Shown: positions 50,738-61,294, counted from the stretch's first letter. The stretch is 64,000 nucleotides of DNA from Candidatus Binatia bacterium (GCA_963666315.2 CAXXHG010000015.1:223497-287496); one strand, 5' to 3'. The notes: generated by a model from the sequence alone, not told the origin. Numbers and translations are program-made.

Positions 50738-52384
50738 ATGAGGAAGTACACACCATCCATGACAACGGTAACTTCGACAACGGCAACTCCGCCGCTCACA
50801 CACATGTCCGTTGAGCCCAGCGCTGAGCCCCCGTCCGGACTTGCTTCTCCGCAGGCTGCGTTCGAGACTGTCGACGATCTTGATTTCCTGCTCGACGTTC
50901 TCCCCCCGCCTCTTCGTGAAGCGATTGTTCAGACAGGCGACTTGCACGACCTCATAGAGGTGATCCTTGACCTGGCGCGTCTGCCCGAAGCGCGCTACGT
51001 CAGCAAGACCGTCTATCTGTCTGACCAGACGGTGGGCCCGGAAGATTTAGCCTTTACCGTTGGGCGGGTCGGAACGTTTAGCCACGACAATCGGGCCGGT
51101 ATTCCGCGCACCTTGCACCGTATCTCAGCAATACGGAACCGCACCGGCGGGATTATTGGCCTGACCTGCCGCGTCGGGCGCGCCGTGTTTGGGACAGTCG
51201 ACATTGTCAAAGACCTGGTCCAAGACCCACACAAAAGCATCCTGCTATTAGGCCCGCCCGGAGTCGGCAAAACCACCCTGTTACGCGAGGCCGCGCGGGT
51301 GCTGGCTGACGCAGATAGCAAACGGGTCATCATTGTTGACACTTCAAACGAAATTGCCGGAGACGGGGATATTCCCCACCCCGCGATAGGCCGCGCCCGT
51401 CGTATGCAGGTCCCCTCACCCGACCGTCAGCACCAGGTCATGATCGAAGCGGTCGAAAATCACATGCCCGAGGTGATCGTGGTGGACGAAATCGGGACGG
51501 AGGCTGAGGCCGAGGCAGCCCGAACCATCGCCGAACGGGGGGTTCGACTCATTGCCACGGCGCATGGTGGTACGCTGGAAAATCTGGTCCTCAACCCCAT
51601 TCTGGCTGACCTGATCGGTGGCATTCAGTCCGTCACCCTGGGCGATGACGAAGCCCGTCGGCGACGAACGCAAAAGACCATCCAGGAGCGTAAGGCGCCC
51701 CCGACTTTCGACATCCTGATTGAGATTCATAACCGGCACCGTTTTGCCGTACACTCGGAGGTAGCCGCTGCGGTCGACGGCCTGCTGCGCGGCTGGAGCG
51801 CGAGTGTAGAAATACGAACGCGCCAAGAGGACGCCAGCATTAGTACTGAACGAATTGATGCTGCAGCCTCCCCCGCTCCTGGAGATACGGGAGCTGCACA
51901 GCAGCGTAGCAGAGAATCCAGGTCACGTCGGGTGCTGCGCATTTACCCGTATGGCATTGATCGACAACAGCTGGAGCATGCAATCCACGCCCTCGACGTC
52001 TCGGCGCGCGTGGTCGCCCAACCAACATACGCGGACGTAATTCTCACAGTCAGAGGTCAAGCCAAACGCCAACCGAAGGCGCTCCGGCTACTGGTCGAAA
52101 GAGGCACGCCGCTCTACGCCCTGCGGAGCGATAGTGCCGCTCAAATGGAGAAATTTCTGCGTGACCATCTGAGCGAAGAATTTCCCGAAGACCGGGCCGC
52201 CTTGACCGAGGCAGAAGAGATCGTCCAACGCGTTATTGCCGAGAGAGAACAGCACGAACTCGGTCCGCAACGCGCTCGTCTGCGCCGCCTTCAACACCAA
52301 CTCGTCAGGGGCTTCGGATTGATCTCACAGAGTGAGGGCGACGAACCCTTTCGGCGGCTCATCATCTATCCGGTTGGACGGTAA
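50738..52384 (+). CDS. SpoIIIAA/Ycf45-like AAA ATPase with C-terminal R3H domain
   Basis: GPPGVGKTTLLRE, VDTSNEIAGDGD, IVVDEIG, ATAHG and RRLQHQL...S.G.EPFRR motifs; start uncertain. Confidence 0.92.
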   Translation: MRKYTPSMTTVTSTTATPPLTHMSVEPSAEPPSGLASPQAAFETVDDLDFLLDVLPPPLREAIVQTGDLHDLIEVILDLARLPEARYVSKTVYLSDQTVGPEDLAFTVGRVGTFSHDNRAGIPRTLHRISAIRNRTGGIIGLTCRVGRAVFGTVDIVKDLVQDPHKSILLLGPPGVGKTTLLREAARVLADADSKRVIIVDTSNEIAGDGDIPHPAIGRARRMQVPSPDRQHQVMIEAVENHMPEVIVVDEIGTEAEAEAARTIAERGVRLIATAHGGTLENLVLNPILADLIGGIQSVTLGDDEARRRRTQKTIQERKAPPTFDILIEIHNRHRFAVHSEVAAAVDGLLRGWSASVEIRTRQEDASISTERIDAAASPAPGDTGAAQQRSRESRSRRVLRIYPYGIDRQQLEHAIHALDVSARVVAQPTYADVILTVRGQAKRQPKALRLLVERGTPLYALRSDSAAQMEKFLRDHLSEEFPEDRAALTEAEEIVQRVIAEREQHELGPQRARLRRLQHQLVRGFGLISQSEGDEPFRRLIIYPVGR

Positions 52385-52424
52385 TGCGCCGGTCAGACCG
52401 TAATGCGCCGCTCGTGCGCTGGGG

Positions 52425-53654
52425 CTACGATCCTATCACCATGGCTACGCTCGTCGTGCCCGAGCCACCGATGTTCAGGGTTGCGATCTCGTTCGCGCCA
52501 TCGATCTGATACTCGCCCGCCGTTTGCGTGACCTGCCGAAAAGCGTCTAAGGCCTGCCGGGTACCCGTAGCTCCGACCGGATGTCCGCACCCAATGAGGC
52601 CGCCACTCGCGTTAACCGGCAGCTTGCCCCCAAATTCGATCACCCCTTCTTCTATTGCTTTCCAGGATTCACCCGGCTTGGTCAAGCCGAAATGATCAAT
52701 AGCCATATACTCTGAGGTCGTAAAGCAGTCATGTGTTTCTATCCCCTGCACCCCCCAGACATCAGCCAGACCGGCGCGTTGAAACGCATCCAGAATAGCC
52801 TGACGGGTATGCGGCAACACATAGGGGTTGCCTTTGGTCTCGGCGATCTTGGTGTCAAACTTGATAGGCGCGGTGCGATGGCCCCAACCCAGAATCTTGG
52901 GTAGACTCTCCAAGGCAACGCCCCGACGCTGGGCATATTTGCTGGCAAAAGTCTCAGACGCCAGGAAAATAGAAGTCGCGCCATCGGTCACCTGGGAGCA
53001 GTCGCGCACGCGCAGACGACCGGCGATCTGAGTGGTGTATTTTCCAGAATTCAGGTCCTGGGTCTCATCCGTAAACCAGCCTCGTGTTTGCGCCCTGGGA
53101 TTGCGACGCGCGTTGGAGAAATTCACCTCCGCAATGCGGGTCAAGTGCTCCTCCTTTAAGCCAAAGCGGTCTTCATACACATCCCCAAGTCGACCAAACA
53201 ACTTGGGAAATGCGAACTCAATGCCCTTGGCTTCTTCCTCATACCAAGCTGCTGTTCCGAGAAAATCACCCCCCGTCGCCGGGGCAACCGTCTTCATCTG
53301 TTCTACCCCTAGGATGAGCGCCAGATCATAACGACCGGCCTCGATTTCAGCCGAGGCCATGAGCATCGAGACACTCCCCGACGCGCAGGCAGCTTCATGC
53401 CGAGAGGTCGGAATGCCGGATAACGCCGGCTCGATTTCGGCCAAGAATGCTCCCAGGTGGCCCTGTTTGCAGTAGAGTTCCGCAGCAAAGTTGCCAACAT
53501 GGGCAACATCGACTTCATTCGGATCAATGTCGGTTGCGGTGAAGCCCTCGAACACGGCTTCTTTCATCATATCAACAAGGCCACAGCCCTCTTTCATCCA
53601 GTTGCGAGCGAAATCGGTTTGATACCCACCCAGCACATACACGGCTGCTGCCAT
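52425..53654 (-). CDS. Thiolase (SCP2-thiolase-like acetyl-CoA acetyltransferase)
   Basis: EAACASG, DCSQVTDG, HDCF and GHPVGATG motifs; start at ATG 53654 after a GAGGAG RBS. Confidence 0.92.
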   Translation of the reverse strand: MAAAVYVLGGYQTDFARNWMKEGCGLVDMMKEAVFEGFTATDIDPNEVDVAHVGNFAAELYCKQGHLGAFLAEIEPALSGIPTSRHEAACASGSVSMLMASAEIEAGRYDLALILGVEQMKTVAPATGGDFLGTAAWYEEEAKGIEFAFPKLFGRLGDVYEDRFGLKEEHLTRIAEVNFSNARRNPRAQTRGWFTDETQDLNSGKYTTQIAGRLRVRDCSQVTDGATSIFLASETFASKYAQRRGVALESLPKILGWGHRTAPIKFDTKIAETKGNPYVLPHTRQAILDAFQRAGLADVWGVQGIETHDCFTTSEYMAIDHFGLTKPGESWKAIEEGVIEFGGKLPVNASGGLIGCGHPVGATGTRQALDAFRQVTQTAGEYQIDGANEIATLNIGGSGTTSVAMVIGS

Positions 53655-53766
53655 AATATCTCTCCTCATACCAGACGCATTCGGATTCATCCCACAGCAA
53701 CAGCGGACTCCCCCTGCCTGTGGTGATCGGTGATCGATTTTTCGTCTATCTTGTCACTAGTTGCCA

Positions 53767-54279
53767 CTAGGGGACGCTCAATCGGCTCCCAGGCCTGAAA
53801 CCGGCCTGAAAATTGACCGGCGAATACGGCTGATCAGCTGATGAGCCATCGCTGACCGCTGGCCGCGCACCATCCCCCCCCACCGGAGGTGAGCTGCCCC
53901 CGGCAGCTTCGAGCATCTCAATGACTTCACCTTTATGATTTTTCTTGGCCCAATACAGGGCGGTGTAACCATAGTCATCTTCGGCATTGACCTCGGCACC
54001 ACGATCAAGCAGGCTTTGTACGATTTTACGATGGCCGAAGCGTGACGCCACGATCAGGGCCGTATGGCCGAACACCGGATTATGGCCATTAATATCGGCG
54101 CCATGCTCCAGCATCTGGAGCATGGTCGTCGCGTCACCTAAGCCTGCCGACTCAATGAAGATATCTTGTTGCAGGACTTCTGGCGGTATCTCTAAAGACG
54201 GCCCGGCCCGCAACCACTCAAGAGAAAACACGATGACAACAACGAGCAGTCCTAGCGCGATCAATGTTTTTTTATCCAT
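53767..54279 (-). CDS. Membrane-anchored ankyrin-repeat protein
   Basis: N-terminal TM segment; G.TAL..A...G...IV..LL..GA.VN ankyrin repeats; start at ATG 54279 after AGGAGG. Confidence 0.85.
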   Translation of the reverse strand: MDKKTLIALGLLVVVIVFSLEWLRAGPSLEIPPEVLQQDIFIESAGLGDATTMLQMLEHGADINGHNPVFGHTALIVASRFGHRKIVQSLLDRGAEVNAEDDYGYTALYWAKKNHKGEVIEMLEAAGGSSPPVGGDGARPAVSDGSSADQPYSPVNFQAGFRPGSRLSVP

Positions 54280-54388
54280 CTGCAAAGTCCTCCTTTCGGA
54301 ATCCCTTTTGCGGCTAGTGTAGCGCTTCGGTCGAGAGAGGGAAACCAGACTTTGGTACGGGCCTGCTCCCCTTAACACACCAGCTTGC

Positions 54389-55357
54389 TTAGTACGTATT
54401 CCGCAAGAGGACCTTCAGCGCGCCGCGCTGAGCGGCATGGTTGACGGCCTGAATACCGTCGGCAAGCGGATAGGTGGCCTCAATCAAAGACGAAACCGGG
54501 ACGTGTTTGTGTGACAAGGCTTGCAGAGCGGGCGGGAATGGCCCACAGCGTGAGCCCACCACCGTTACCTCATTAATAACCAACGGTGCCAACGAAAGGG
54601 TGTGTTCCTCAGCTAGCGTACTTTTGAGGACGAGAGTCGCGCGCGGGCGGACCGTCTCGATCGCAAGCTTTAGTCCAGCCGATGAGCCAGTGGCTTCAAC
54701 AACCAAATCCGCTTGCCGTGGTCGCCAGTCAGCAAGCTGTACGCCTTGGACGCCTGCTTTCCGAACCAGCTCAAGCTTCTTGTCGTGTCGTCCGACAACG
54801 GTCACCCGTGCTCCATTATCCTGGAGCACAAACGCACACAATAAACCTAGCTTGCCATCGCCAAAGATAACGGCTTGTGTTCCTGGTTTGACATGTATTT
54901 GTTCCAAGATTTCAAACGCGGCGGCGAGCGGCTCCGTAAAGACGGCCTCTTCATCAGAGATCGAGTCCGGGACCGGGTGAAGATTGGCGACAGGCACCGC
55001 CAGGTATTCAGCAAAACTCCCGTCTGCGCCAAGAATGCCCATGACTTGACGCGTCGGGCAATGCCGCGCCATGCCGCGCAAGCATTGCTCACAGCTGCCA
55101 CACGCAAAGTTGATCTCGCCTACGACACGCTTGCCCATGAGTGCACGGGGTCCCGCATGCACCTCGCCAACAAACTCATGACCAGGCACACCCTCGAAGG
55201 CCATATAGCCTTTCAGAATTTGCAGATCCGTAGAACACACGCCTGCCAGGCGCACGCGCACGACGGCCGTGTCCTCCGTTGCCTGAGGTATCGGATAGGC
55301 CTCCTGTACCCGTACAGTATGTCCATCCCAATGAAGAGCGTGCATAGTCATCGTCAC
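54389..55357 (-). CDS. Zinc-dependent (MDR) alcohol dehydrogenase
   Basis: GVCSTD, PGHEFVG, CGSCEQC...HC, EPLAAA and GDGKLG motifs. Confidence 0.93.
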   Translation of the reverse strand: MTMTMHALHWDGHTVRVQEAYPIPQATEDTAVVRVRLAGVCSTDLQILKGYMAFEGVPGHEFVGEVHAGPRALMGKRVVGEINFACGSCEQCLRGMARHCPTRQVMGILGADGSFAEYLAVPVANLHPVPDSISDEEAVFTEPLAAAFEILEQIHVKPGTQAVIFGDGKLGLLCAFVLQDNGARVTVVGRHDKKLELVRKAGVQGVQLADWRPRQADLVVEATGSSAGLKLAIETVRPRATLVLKSTLAEEHTLSLAPLVINEVTVVGSRCGPFPPALQALSHKHVPVSSLIEATYPLADGIQAVNHAAQRGALKVLLRNTY

Positions 55358-55369
55358 GTATTTCCCAGC

Positions 55370-56257
55370 TTACAGATTCGCCTTTTTGGCAAAATCGTGC
55401 ATAAAGCCCAACGCCCCATCGAGTTCGGGACTCCACAACGGCAGCGGAGCCAAGAACGATGTATACCCAAGATCCTGATACTTTTTGATTTCCTCGATAA
55501 AGGCATCGACCGAGGTCGCATACGAAGGCGCAACCATGATCTCGATACTTTTCATATCTCGGCCTGCCTGCTCGGCTGCTGCGGTCAGCATACCCAGCCC
55601 CTCTTGGAATCCCTCATAGCTCTTTGCCACCGCAACCCAACCATCCCCAAACTCGGCCACCCGTCGCATCGCCCGTGCCGAATGGCCTCCGATCCAAACC
55701 GGCAGCGGACTCTGCACCGGCTTGGGCTCGCATTTGATGCCGCTAAACTGACAGAATTCTCCGTCAAACTGTGGATCAGGATTGGTCCAGAGTTCACGCA
55801 TAGCGTGCAGATATTCGTCGCTCAGTCGGCCACGTTTTTTAAACGGCGCACCCAGCAAACTGATCTCCTCCTCCATCCAGCCGATACCCGCCCCAAGCAT
55901 GATGCGTCCACGCGACAACACGTCAAGCGTAGCAAGCATCTTGGCAGTCACAATGGGATTGCGATGCGGTAAAACCAAGACCCAGGTACCGAGTCGCACG
56001 CGCTTCGTGATTCCAGCCAAATAGCCCAGGGCTGAGAGTGGCTCTAAGAAGCCGTGTTCGGGATCCGCCGGGAAGACGCCCGTGTCGTTATATGGATAGC
56101 GCGACTTAATCTCAGTCGGAATCACAATATGGTCCGCCACCCACAGCGATTCATAGCCCAAGTCTTCCGCTTTTTGGGCAATGGATGTCATCACATCGAC
56201 CGAGCCCGGGCCTGTGGCCAGGGGGCCGAGATTGGGTAAGAGTAGTCCGACTTTCAT
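55370..56257 (-). CDS. LLM-class probable F420-dependent oxidoreductase
   Basis: GYESLWVADH, AKMLATLDVLSRGR, GIGW..EE and PKPVQ...WIGG motifs; start at ATG 56257 after AGGAGG. Confidence 0.92.
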   Translation of the reverse strand: MKVGLLLPNLGPLATGPGSVDVMTSIAQKAEDLGYESLWVADHIVIPTEIKSRYPYNDTGVFPADPEHGFLEPLSALGYLAGITKRVRLGTWVLVLPHRNPIVTAKMLATLDVLSRGRIMLGAGIGWMEEEISLLGAPFKKRGRLSDEYLHAMRELWTNPDPQFDGEFCQFSGIKCEPKPVQSPLPVWIGGHSARAMRRVAEFGDGWVAVAKSYEGFQEGLGMLTAAAEQAGRDMKSIEIMVAPSYATSVDAFIEEIKKYQDLGYTSFLAPLPLWSPELDGALGFMHDFAKKANL

Positions 56258-56464
56258 GCTGTCCTCCTTTAAGAAAAGTTGTGCAAAGACCTTCCTATAG
56301 AGTCCGGCCGACTTGGACAAGGCATAGCGTTCGCATCCGGTCGAGGACAGACGCCTAGGCGCGTTTGCGCAGGTCTTGGATTATAGGCTTCCGAGTTGGT
56401 GGGGGCGGGGAATGAGATAGGGTAATCGCCTCTCTATCGGGCTCGCACAGTTGCCGCTTATACC

Positions 56465-57796
56465 CTAGTGGGCAATCATGATTTCAATCCGGGTGAGGAT
56501 ATCGCGCAGCTCCTCGTCCTGTTTGAGCCGGGTCTCTATCGTATGACACGCATGCAGCACCGTGGTGTGATCCTTGCCGCCAAAGCGCATGCCGATCATC
56601 GGATACGACGACGCTGCCAGCTTGCGGCACAGAAACATCGCCACGTGGCGCGGCAACGTGATGAGTTTCGTGCGCCGCTTCGAGGTGATGTCCGCCACCC
56701 GGATCCCGAAATATTTACTCACCGTCTTCTGTACACACTCGATCGACACTTCTTTGGCCGGCTCGGCGAGCAAGTCGCGCAGCGCCTCCTTGGCGAAACT
56801 CACCGTCAGCTTCGCCTGCTGCAACGCCGCCAGCGCCCCCAACCGCGTCAAGCCGCCCTCCAGTTCGCGCACATTGGAGGTCACGTGCGCGGCAATAAAC
56901 AACGCCACCTCGTCCGGTAGCGCGATGCGCTTCGCGCGTGCCTTCTTTTGTATGATCGCCACCCGGGTCTCCAGGTCCGGGGGTTGGATGTCCGCGATCA
57001 GCCCCCACTCGAACCGGTTGCGCAGCCGCTCTTCCAGCCCCCGAATCCCGTGCGGGAACTTATCGGACGTTAAGATGATCTGTTTGTTGGCGTCATGCAG
57101 GGCATTGAAGGTATGAAAGAACTCTTCCTGCGTCCGCTCCCGCCCCGACAGGAACTGCACATCGTCCAGGATCAGGACGTCCACGCGGCGGAATTTGTTC
57201 TTGAATTCCGCCATCCGGTTGCGGCGTAGATGCGCAATCAGCTCATTGGTGAACGACTCCGAGGAGAGATACACCACGCTGCCGCCGCCCTTTTTGACCA
57301 GCGTCTCGTGGCCAATGGCATTAATCAGATGCGTCTTCCCTAACCCCACCCCACCGTAAATGAACAGCGGATTGTAGTTCTTGCCGGGGTGTTTGCTCAC
57401 CGCCCGGGCCGCCGCATGCGCAAATTGATTGCTGCCGCCCACCACAAACGAGGCAAACGTGTAGTGCGCCACCAGCCCGTTCTTCTGGGCCGCGGCTTTG
57501 TCTTCGGCCTGGGCCGCCTGCTGTTGCTCTTCGGCTGGAAACAGTTCGCCTTGGAGCTTTTCTCGCACATGGAGTACGAGGTGCGTCGGCTGCCCCCGCA
57601 CCTCGGCAAACGCCTCCTCTACGGGACCCACGAGATGGCTCAGCAGCCAATCGCGAAAGAGCGCACTGGGCACCTCCAGATGAAAGGTGTCCGCATCGAC
57701 GGACAGCGGCCGTAGTGGCTTCAGCCACGTGTCCGTCGACGTCTTGCCCACGCGCTCCTCCACCAGCCCCAACACCTGCTCCCACACCCGTTGCAT
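56465..57796 (-). CDS. dnaA: Chromosomal replication initiator DnaA
   Basis: YNPLFIYGGVGLGKTHL, DDVQFL, QEEFFHTFN, RFEWGL, NVRELEG and FGGKDHTTVLHA motifs. Confidence 0.98.
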   Translation of the reverse strand: MQRVWEQVLGLVEERVGKTSTDTWLKPLRPLSVDADTFHLEVPSALFRDWLLSHLVGPVEEAFAEVRGQPTHLVLHVREKLQGELFPAEEQQQAAQAEDKAAAQKNGLVAHYTFASFVVGGSNQFAHAAARAVSKHPGKNYNPLFIYGGVGLGKTHLINAIGHETLVKKGGGSVVYLSSESFTNELIAHLRRNRMAEFKNKFRRVDVLILDDVQFLSGRERTQEEFFHTFNALHDANKQIILTSDKFPHGIRGLEERLRNRFEWGLIADIQPPDLETRVAIIQKKARAKRIALPDEVALFIAAHVTSNVRELEGGLTRLGALAALQQAKLTVSFAKEALRDLLAEPAKEVSIECVQKTVSKYFGIRVADITSKRRTKLITLPRHVAMFLCRKLAASSYPMIGMRFGGKDHTTVLHACHTIETRLKQDEELRDILTRIEIMIAH

Positions 57797-57824
57797 ACCG
57801 GCCCCTCCCGCCCCGGCGTCTCAG

Positions 57825-57902
57825 TTATCCACACTTGTGGATAACTCTCCAACTCCTTCTCTCCCCTATGAAAATCCCCTGCCCCCTCCGGAGTTGTCCA
57901 CA
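57825..57902. promoter_or_regulatory. DnaA boxes upstream of dnaA (autoregulatory site and/or part of oriC)
   Basis: TTATCCACA (57825-57833), inverted TGTGGATAA (57836-57844) and one-mismatch TTGTCCACA (57894-57902). Confidence 0.85.
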
Positions 57903-58515
57903 CATACCTCTCTCCGTACCTGTCTCTCTGCCCCAGGGGTACCCCGGTGTACCGACCACGAGATCGGGGGCAAGAGAAGCAGACCCATTGCTACTCAAAA
58001 ACTTGGTCTCTGATTTCGTCAGCCCTGACGGGCTAACGGTCTTGTGTCTTGAATGCGTCTTAAACGCTTTGGACACACAATGCAAGAAAAAATGCCCAAG
58101 CCGGGCGAAGTATGGTATTTTACTCACCAATCTCGCTCGTCTAACCCCGAGTGATACCCGCCGGTTGCCCCGCCGTGGCCGCCCCGGCCCTTAGCCTCTC
58201 GTTTTTCCAGGCCTTTCTTCTGCCCGCCGCGGAATAAAAACTCTCGTACGTCTCACTTTTAGTCCTATACTCCACACAATGGCCATATGATGCTGTGTCC
58301 GTGGGTCTCTACTAAAGGGGTTAACTGCAAGTTTTTATGAAAGTTTCTCTGCTCCTCTGAGGACGATGATTTATTCGCGGTCTGCACCTCGTCTAGGAAC
58401 TGCGCCAAGTTATTGCATCAGACCCAGGGTATCGCGAGCATCCCAACTCTTCCACATTTTTACCTCTAACCACTAATCATTCTCCTATTATTGAGGGTCT
58501 CCCTTTTGGTCCCCT

Positions 58516-59530
58516 TTAGCCTACTGCCTGTTCTATGAGCTGTCGGATCCTCGCCTCTACCCGTGGCAGCAATTTCCTCATTTTCAGCACGCCCAAGAGA
58601 AGCTTCAGCTTGGAGCCGTGGGATACGAAGTAGAGGCGGCTGGACATCAACCATCGACCGAATGTGCGCCGCCACTTGTTGGAGTTCGCAAGAGTCACTT
58701 CCATGGCAATGAGATACTCCAACTCTTCTTCTGGATGGGGCACTGAGCCTCGTCACTATAACAAGCTTCTACATAGGCAATGACGGCCGCACTAAAACCC
58801 TGTTGGCACATAGACAACGACTGTAACTTGATTATGTTGCCGCCGAAGACCGGCAGCGCAGGCCGCCGCGACAATCCGTTTGCCGTGCAGTCCACATGCA
58901 GCCTGAGGGAATCGGTGGGGAGGCGCCCTTGGCCAGCACGATCGTGTCGGACTCGATGCGCTCAACGCGTCCCAAACGCACCATATTCTCGATTTGCCGA
59001 AGCTGGCGCAGCTCTTCTTGATTCACCGTAGGGCAGCGAAATTTCGTTGGCCAGATATTCGGGTCTAATCGAAGCAGCATATCCTTGGCTTCCATGCTGC
59101 TATAGAGCTCCTCCAGCGTGTTTGCGGCAGCAAAACAGGCCAGCTGCTTTTCAAGGACGTCGACCAACCGATCGGGGTAGATGCTGACCCGAGCCAGTAG
59201 CCAGGCGTCGTTACTTACGATCCAGGTAATGTGGTCTGGATCCATTCCTTGGTTCAGCAAAAATAACACCGCATCCATGCCGGTTTTACCTGCGCCTATG
59301 ACCACATATTCGGCACGCGGCTGGCTGACTTTGGGCAGATCATTGGGCGGTACGATGGAAATACCCGCAGCGACTGGAAAGGGAGGCACCCGCATCGAGG
59401 GCACTTCCACGGTCATATAAGTCGCGTCAACGATTTTGTTTCGGACGTGTACCTGATAGCTCAGACCCGGTGCAACGGTAGAGCAAAATGAAACATCAGT
59501 CCGATATTCACACATGGGGAAGCACGGCCA
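58516..59530 (-). pseudogene. Decayed NAD(P)/FAD-dependent oxidoreductase
   Basis: Homologous-looking segments lie in three frames: FPMCEY...IVDATY...VVIGAGKTGMDA; VDCTANGL...QQGFSAA; and PHP...WLMSSRL. The N-terminal FAD-binding motif is missing. Confidence 0.7.
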
Positions 59531-59828
59531 ACACGCCGCCCAGTTATAACCAAGCCAGATTTTCTCCGTGCCGAATAGGGCTCCCATTAAAAGGCTCTTG
59601 TCAATAAATATCCCAGTCTGGTCACACTTTTCAGGCTTTCCCTCGTTCATTCCTCTCCCAGCTGCCGTCCATCGATTCGAGCAATACTCTCGGGCTGCCT
59701 CGCGTGCCTCTACTTGCTTGGTCCACTGCGTTGTATCCGAGCTGCGCTGAACCAAGCCATTCCCAACACCCTCCAGCGTCGTATATACAGACAAAGTCCG
59801 CAGTCAGGGACCAAAAGGGAGGACTCAC

Positions 59829-61055
59829 ATGGCCAATGCTACAGCCCCGCCAGCTATGCTGGCGGGGACCACCGTACTCGACTTCACCCAATATCTGGCC
59901 GGTCCGACGGCAACCCGGCTAATGGCCGAACTCGGCGCGCACGTAATTAAAGTTGAACAGGCCAAGGGCGGTGACCCCTCTCGCTCGCTGCCGTTTATGA
60001 AAGACAATCGCAGCATCTACTTCATCCAGCAGAACCGCGGCAAGCAAAGTCTCTGTATTGATTTCAAACGGGATGAGGGCGTTGAGCTGATCAAAGCCCT
60101 TATTCCACATGTGGACGTAGTCATCGAAAACTACGGTCCAGGCGTAATGGAACGGCGCGGTTTGGATTACGAATCGCTCAAGGTGATCAATCCCGGCCTT
60201 GTCATGTGTTCCATCTCGGCCTTTGGGCGTAAGAGTCCACTGTCGCATTTGACTGGCTACGATTATATTGCTCAGGGCTTTTCCGGCATCATGCATATGA
60301 CCGGCGATCCGGATGGCCCACCGCGTTTTGTCGGGGTTGCGATAGCCGACGGCATTGCCGGGGTCAGCGCCTTTGGTGCACTTGGTTATGCCATACTCCA
60401 TCGTGATCGCACCGGCCAAGGCCAACACGTTGATATCTCCATGGTCGATGCGCTCTACCATATGCAGTCGGTCGAGGTCCAAGCCTTTGCCGCCAGTAAA
60501 GGCAAATACAAACCCAGGCGCTTCGGGCTGCATCACTATGCCTCGTGTCCGCTGGGCGTGTTCAAAAGCCCGCAAGGCTTTTTTGTGATCCTGGCCCTCA
60601 ACCGGCAGTGGCCCAATGTCGCCAGGGCGCTGGGTAAACCTGAATTGGTTGACGATCCGCGCTTTGCCACCGCAAAAGCGCGCGGACAGAATCAAAAAGA
60701 ATTGATTGCTATGATCGAAACCTGGCTGCAATCGTTTCCCACCGACGAAGCCGCCCTCCAGGCTCTGGCTGATAATCGCGTGCCGGCTGGCCCCGTCTTA
60801 TCGATTGAAGAGACGGTATCACATCCCTATTTCACCGCCCGCAAAATGGTTCGTCAGGTTCCGGACCAAATTCTTGGCGATGTGACGATTCCCGGCTTCC
60901 CATTCAAGTATTCGGCTTTCCCGGATACACTCGACCTGCGCGCTCCGCTGCTGGGCGAGAACAACGATGAAATTCTCGGCCACTATCTAGGCCGGTCGTC
61001 GGAAACCATTACAGCTCTGCACGATCAAGGTGTGTTGTACAAAGGCGAGCGGTAA
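59829..61055 (+). CDS. Family III CoA-transferase (CaiB/BaiF)
   Basis: VLDFTQYLAGP, LGAHVIKVE...GDPSR, NRGKQS, GYDYIAQG.SG and APLLGE motifs. Confidence 0.95.
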   Translation: MANATAPPAMLAGTTVLDFTQYLAGPTATRLMAELGAHVIKVEQAKGGDPSRSLPFMKDNRSIYFIQQNRGKQSLCIDFKRDEGVELIKALIPHVDVVIENYGPGVMERRGLDYESLKVINPGLVMCSISAFGRKSPLSHLTGYDYIAQGFSGIMHMTGDPDGPPRFVGVAIADGIAGVSAFGALGYAILHRDRTGQGQHVDISMVDALYHMQSVEVQAFAASKGKYKPRRFGLHHYASCPLGVFKSPQGFFVILALNRQWPNVARALGKPELVDDPRFATAKARGQNQKELIAMIETWLQSFPTDEAALQALADNRVPAGPVLSIEETVSHPYFTARKMVRQVPDQILGDVTIPGFPFKYSAFPDTLDLRAPLLGENNDEILGHYLGRSSETITALHDQGVLYKGER

Positions 61056-61080
61056 TCATTCGCGGTGTTCCAGCTTATTT

Positions 61081-61294
61081 CCCTTGCCCATCTAGGGAGA
61101 GGGCGTCGTCCACATAGTGGACGCGGGTGAGGGTCGCTCTGAGAAATTCCTATTCCAATGTTCCTCACTGTTTGTGGTGTCGGGTTACGCTCCGCTAACC
61201 CGACCTACGGAATTAACGCGATTCGCTGAGCCCCTATCCCGGCCAGATGATTATGGAAATCGCACGTAGAGGCGAAGCCGTTCCCGGCGGCTTT
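61081..61294. repeat. Cluster of three different REP-like palindromes between convergent genes
   Basis: CCCTTGCCC..GGGAGAGGG..GGGTGAGGG (61081-61133); minus-strand GTAGGTCGGGTTAGCGGAGCGTAACCCGAC (61177-61209); GTAGAGGCGAAGCCG..CGGCTT (61266-61294). Confidence 0.7.

Noticed and set aside
54875-55972. 365-aa plus-strand ORF
   Set aside because: Antisense shadow of the ADH and LLM genes with no recognisable motifs.
57903-58460. rpmH, rnpA or an ncRNA upstream of dnaA
   Set aside because: No MKRT-type ORF or recognisable RNA motif was found; the track ORFs here look spurious.
59531-59794. N-terminal part of the 320-aa ORF 58832-59794
   Set aside because: It lacks the expected FAD-binding motif and contains promoter-like AT-rich DNA; probably non-coding read-through.
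59919-60731. 270-aa minus-strand ORF
   Set aside because: Antisense shadow of the CoA-transferase.
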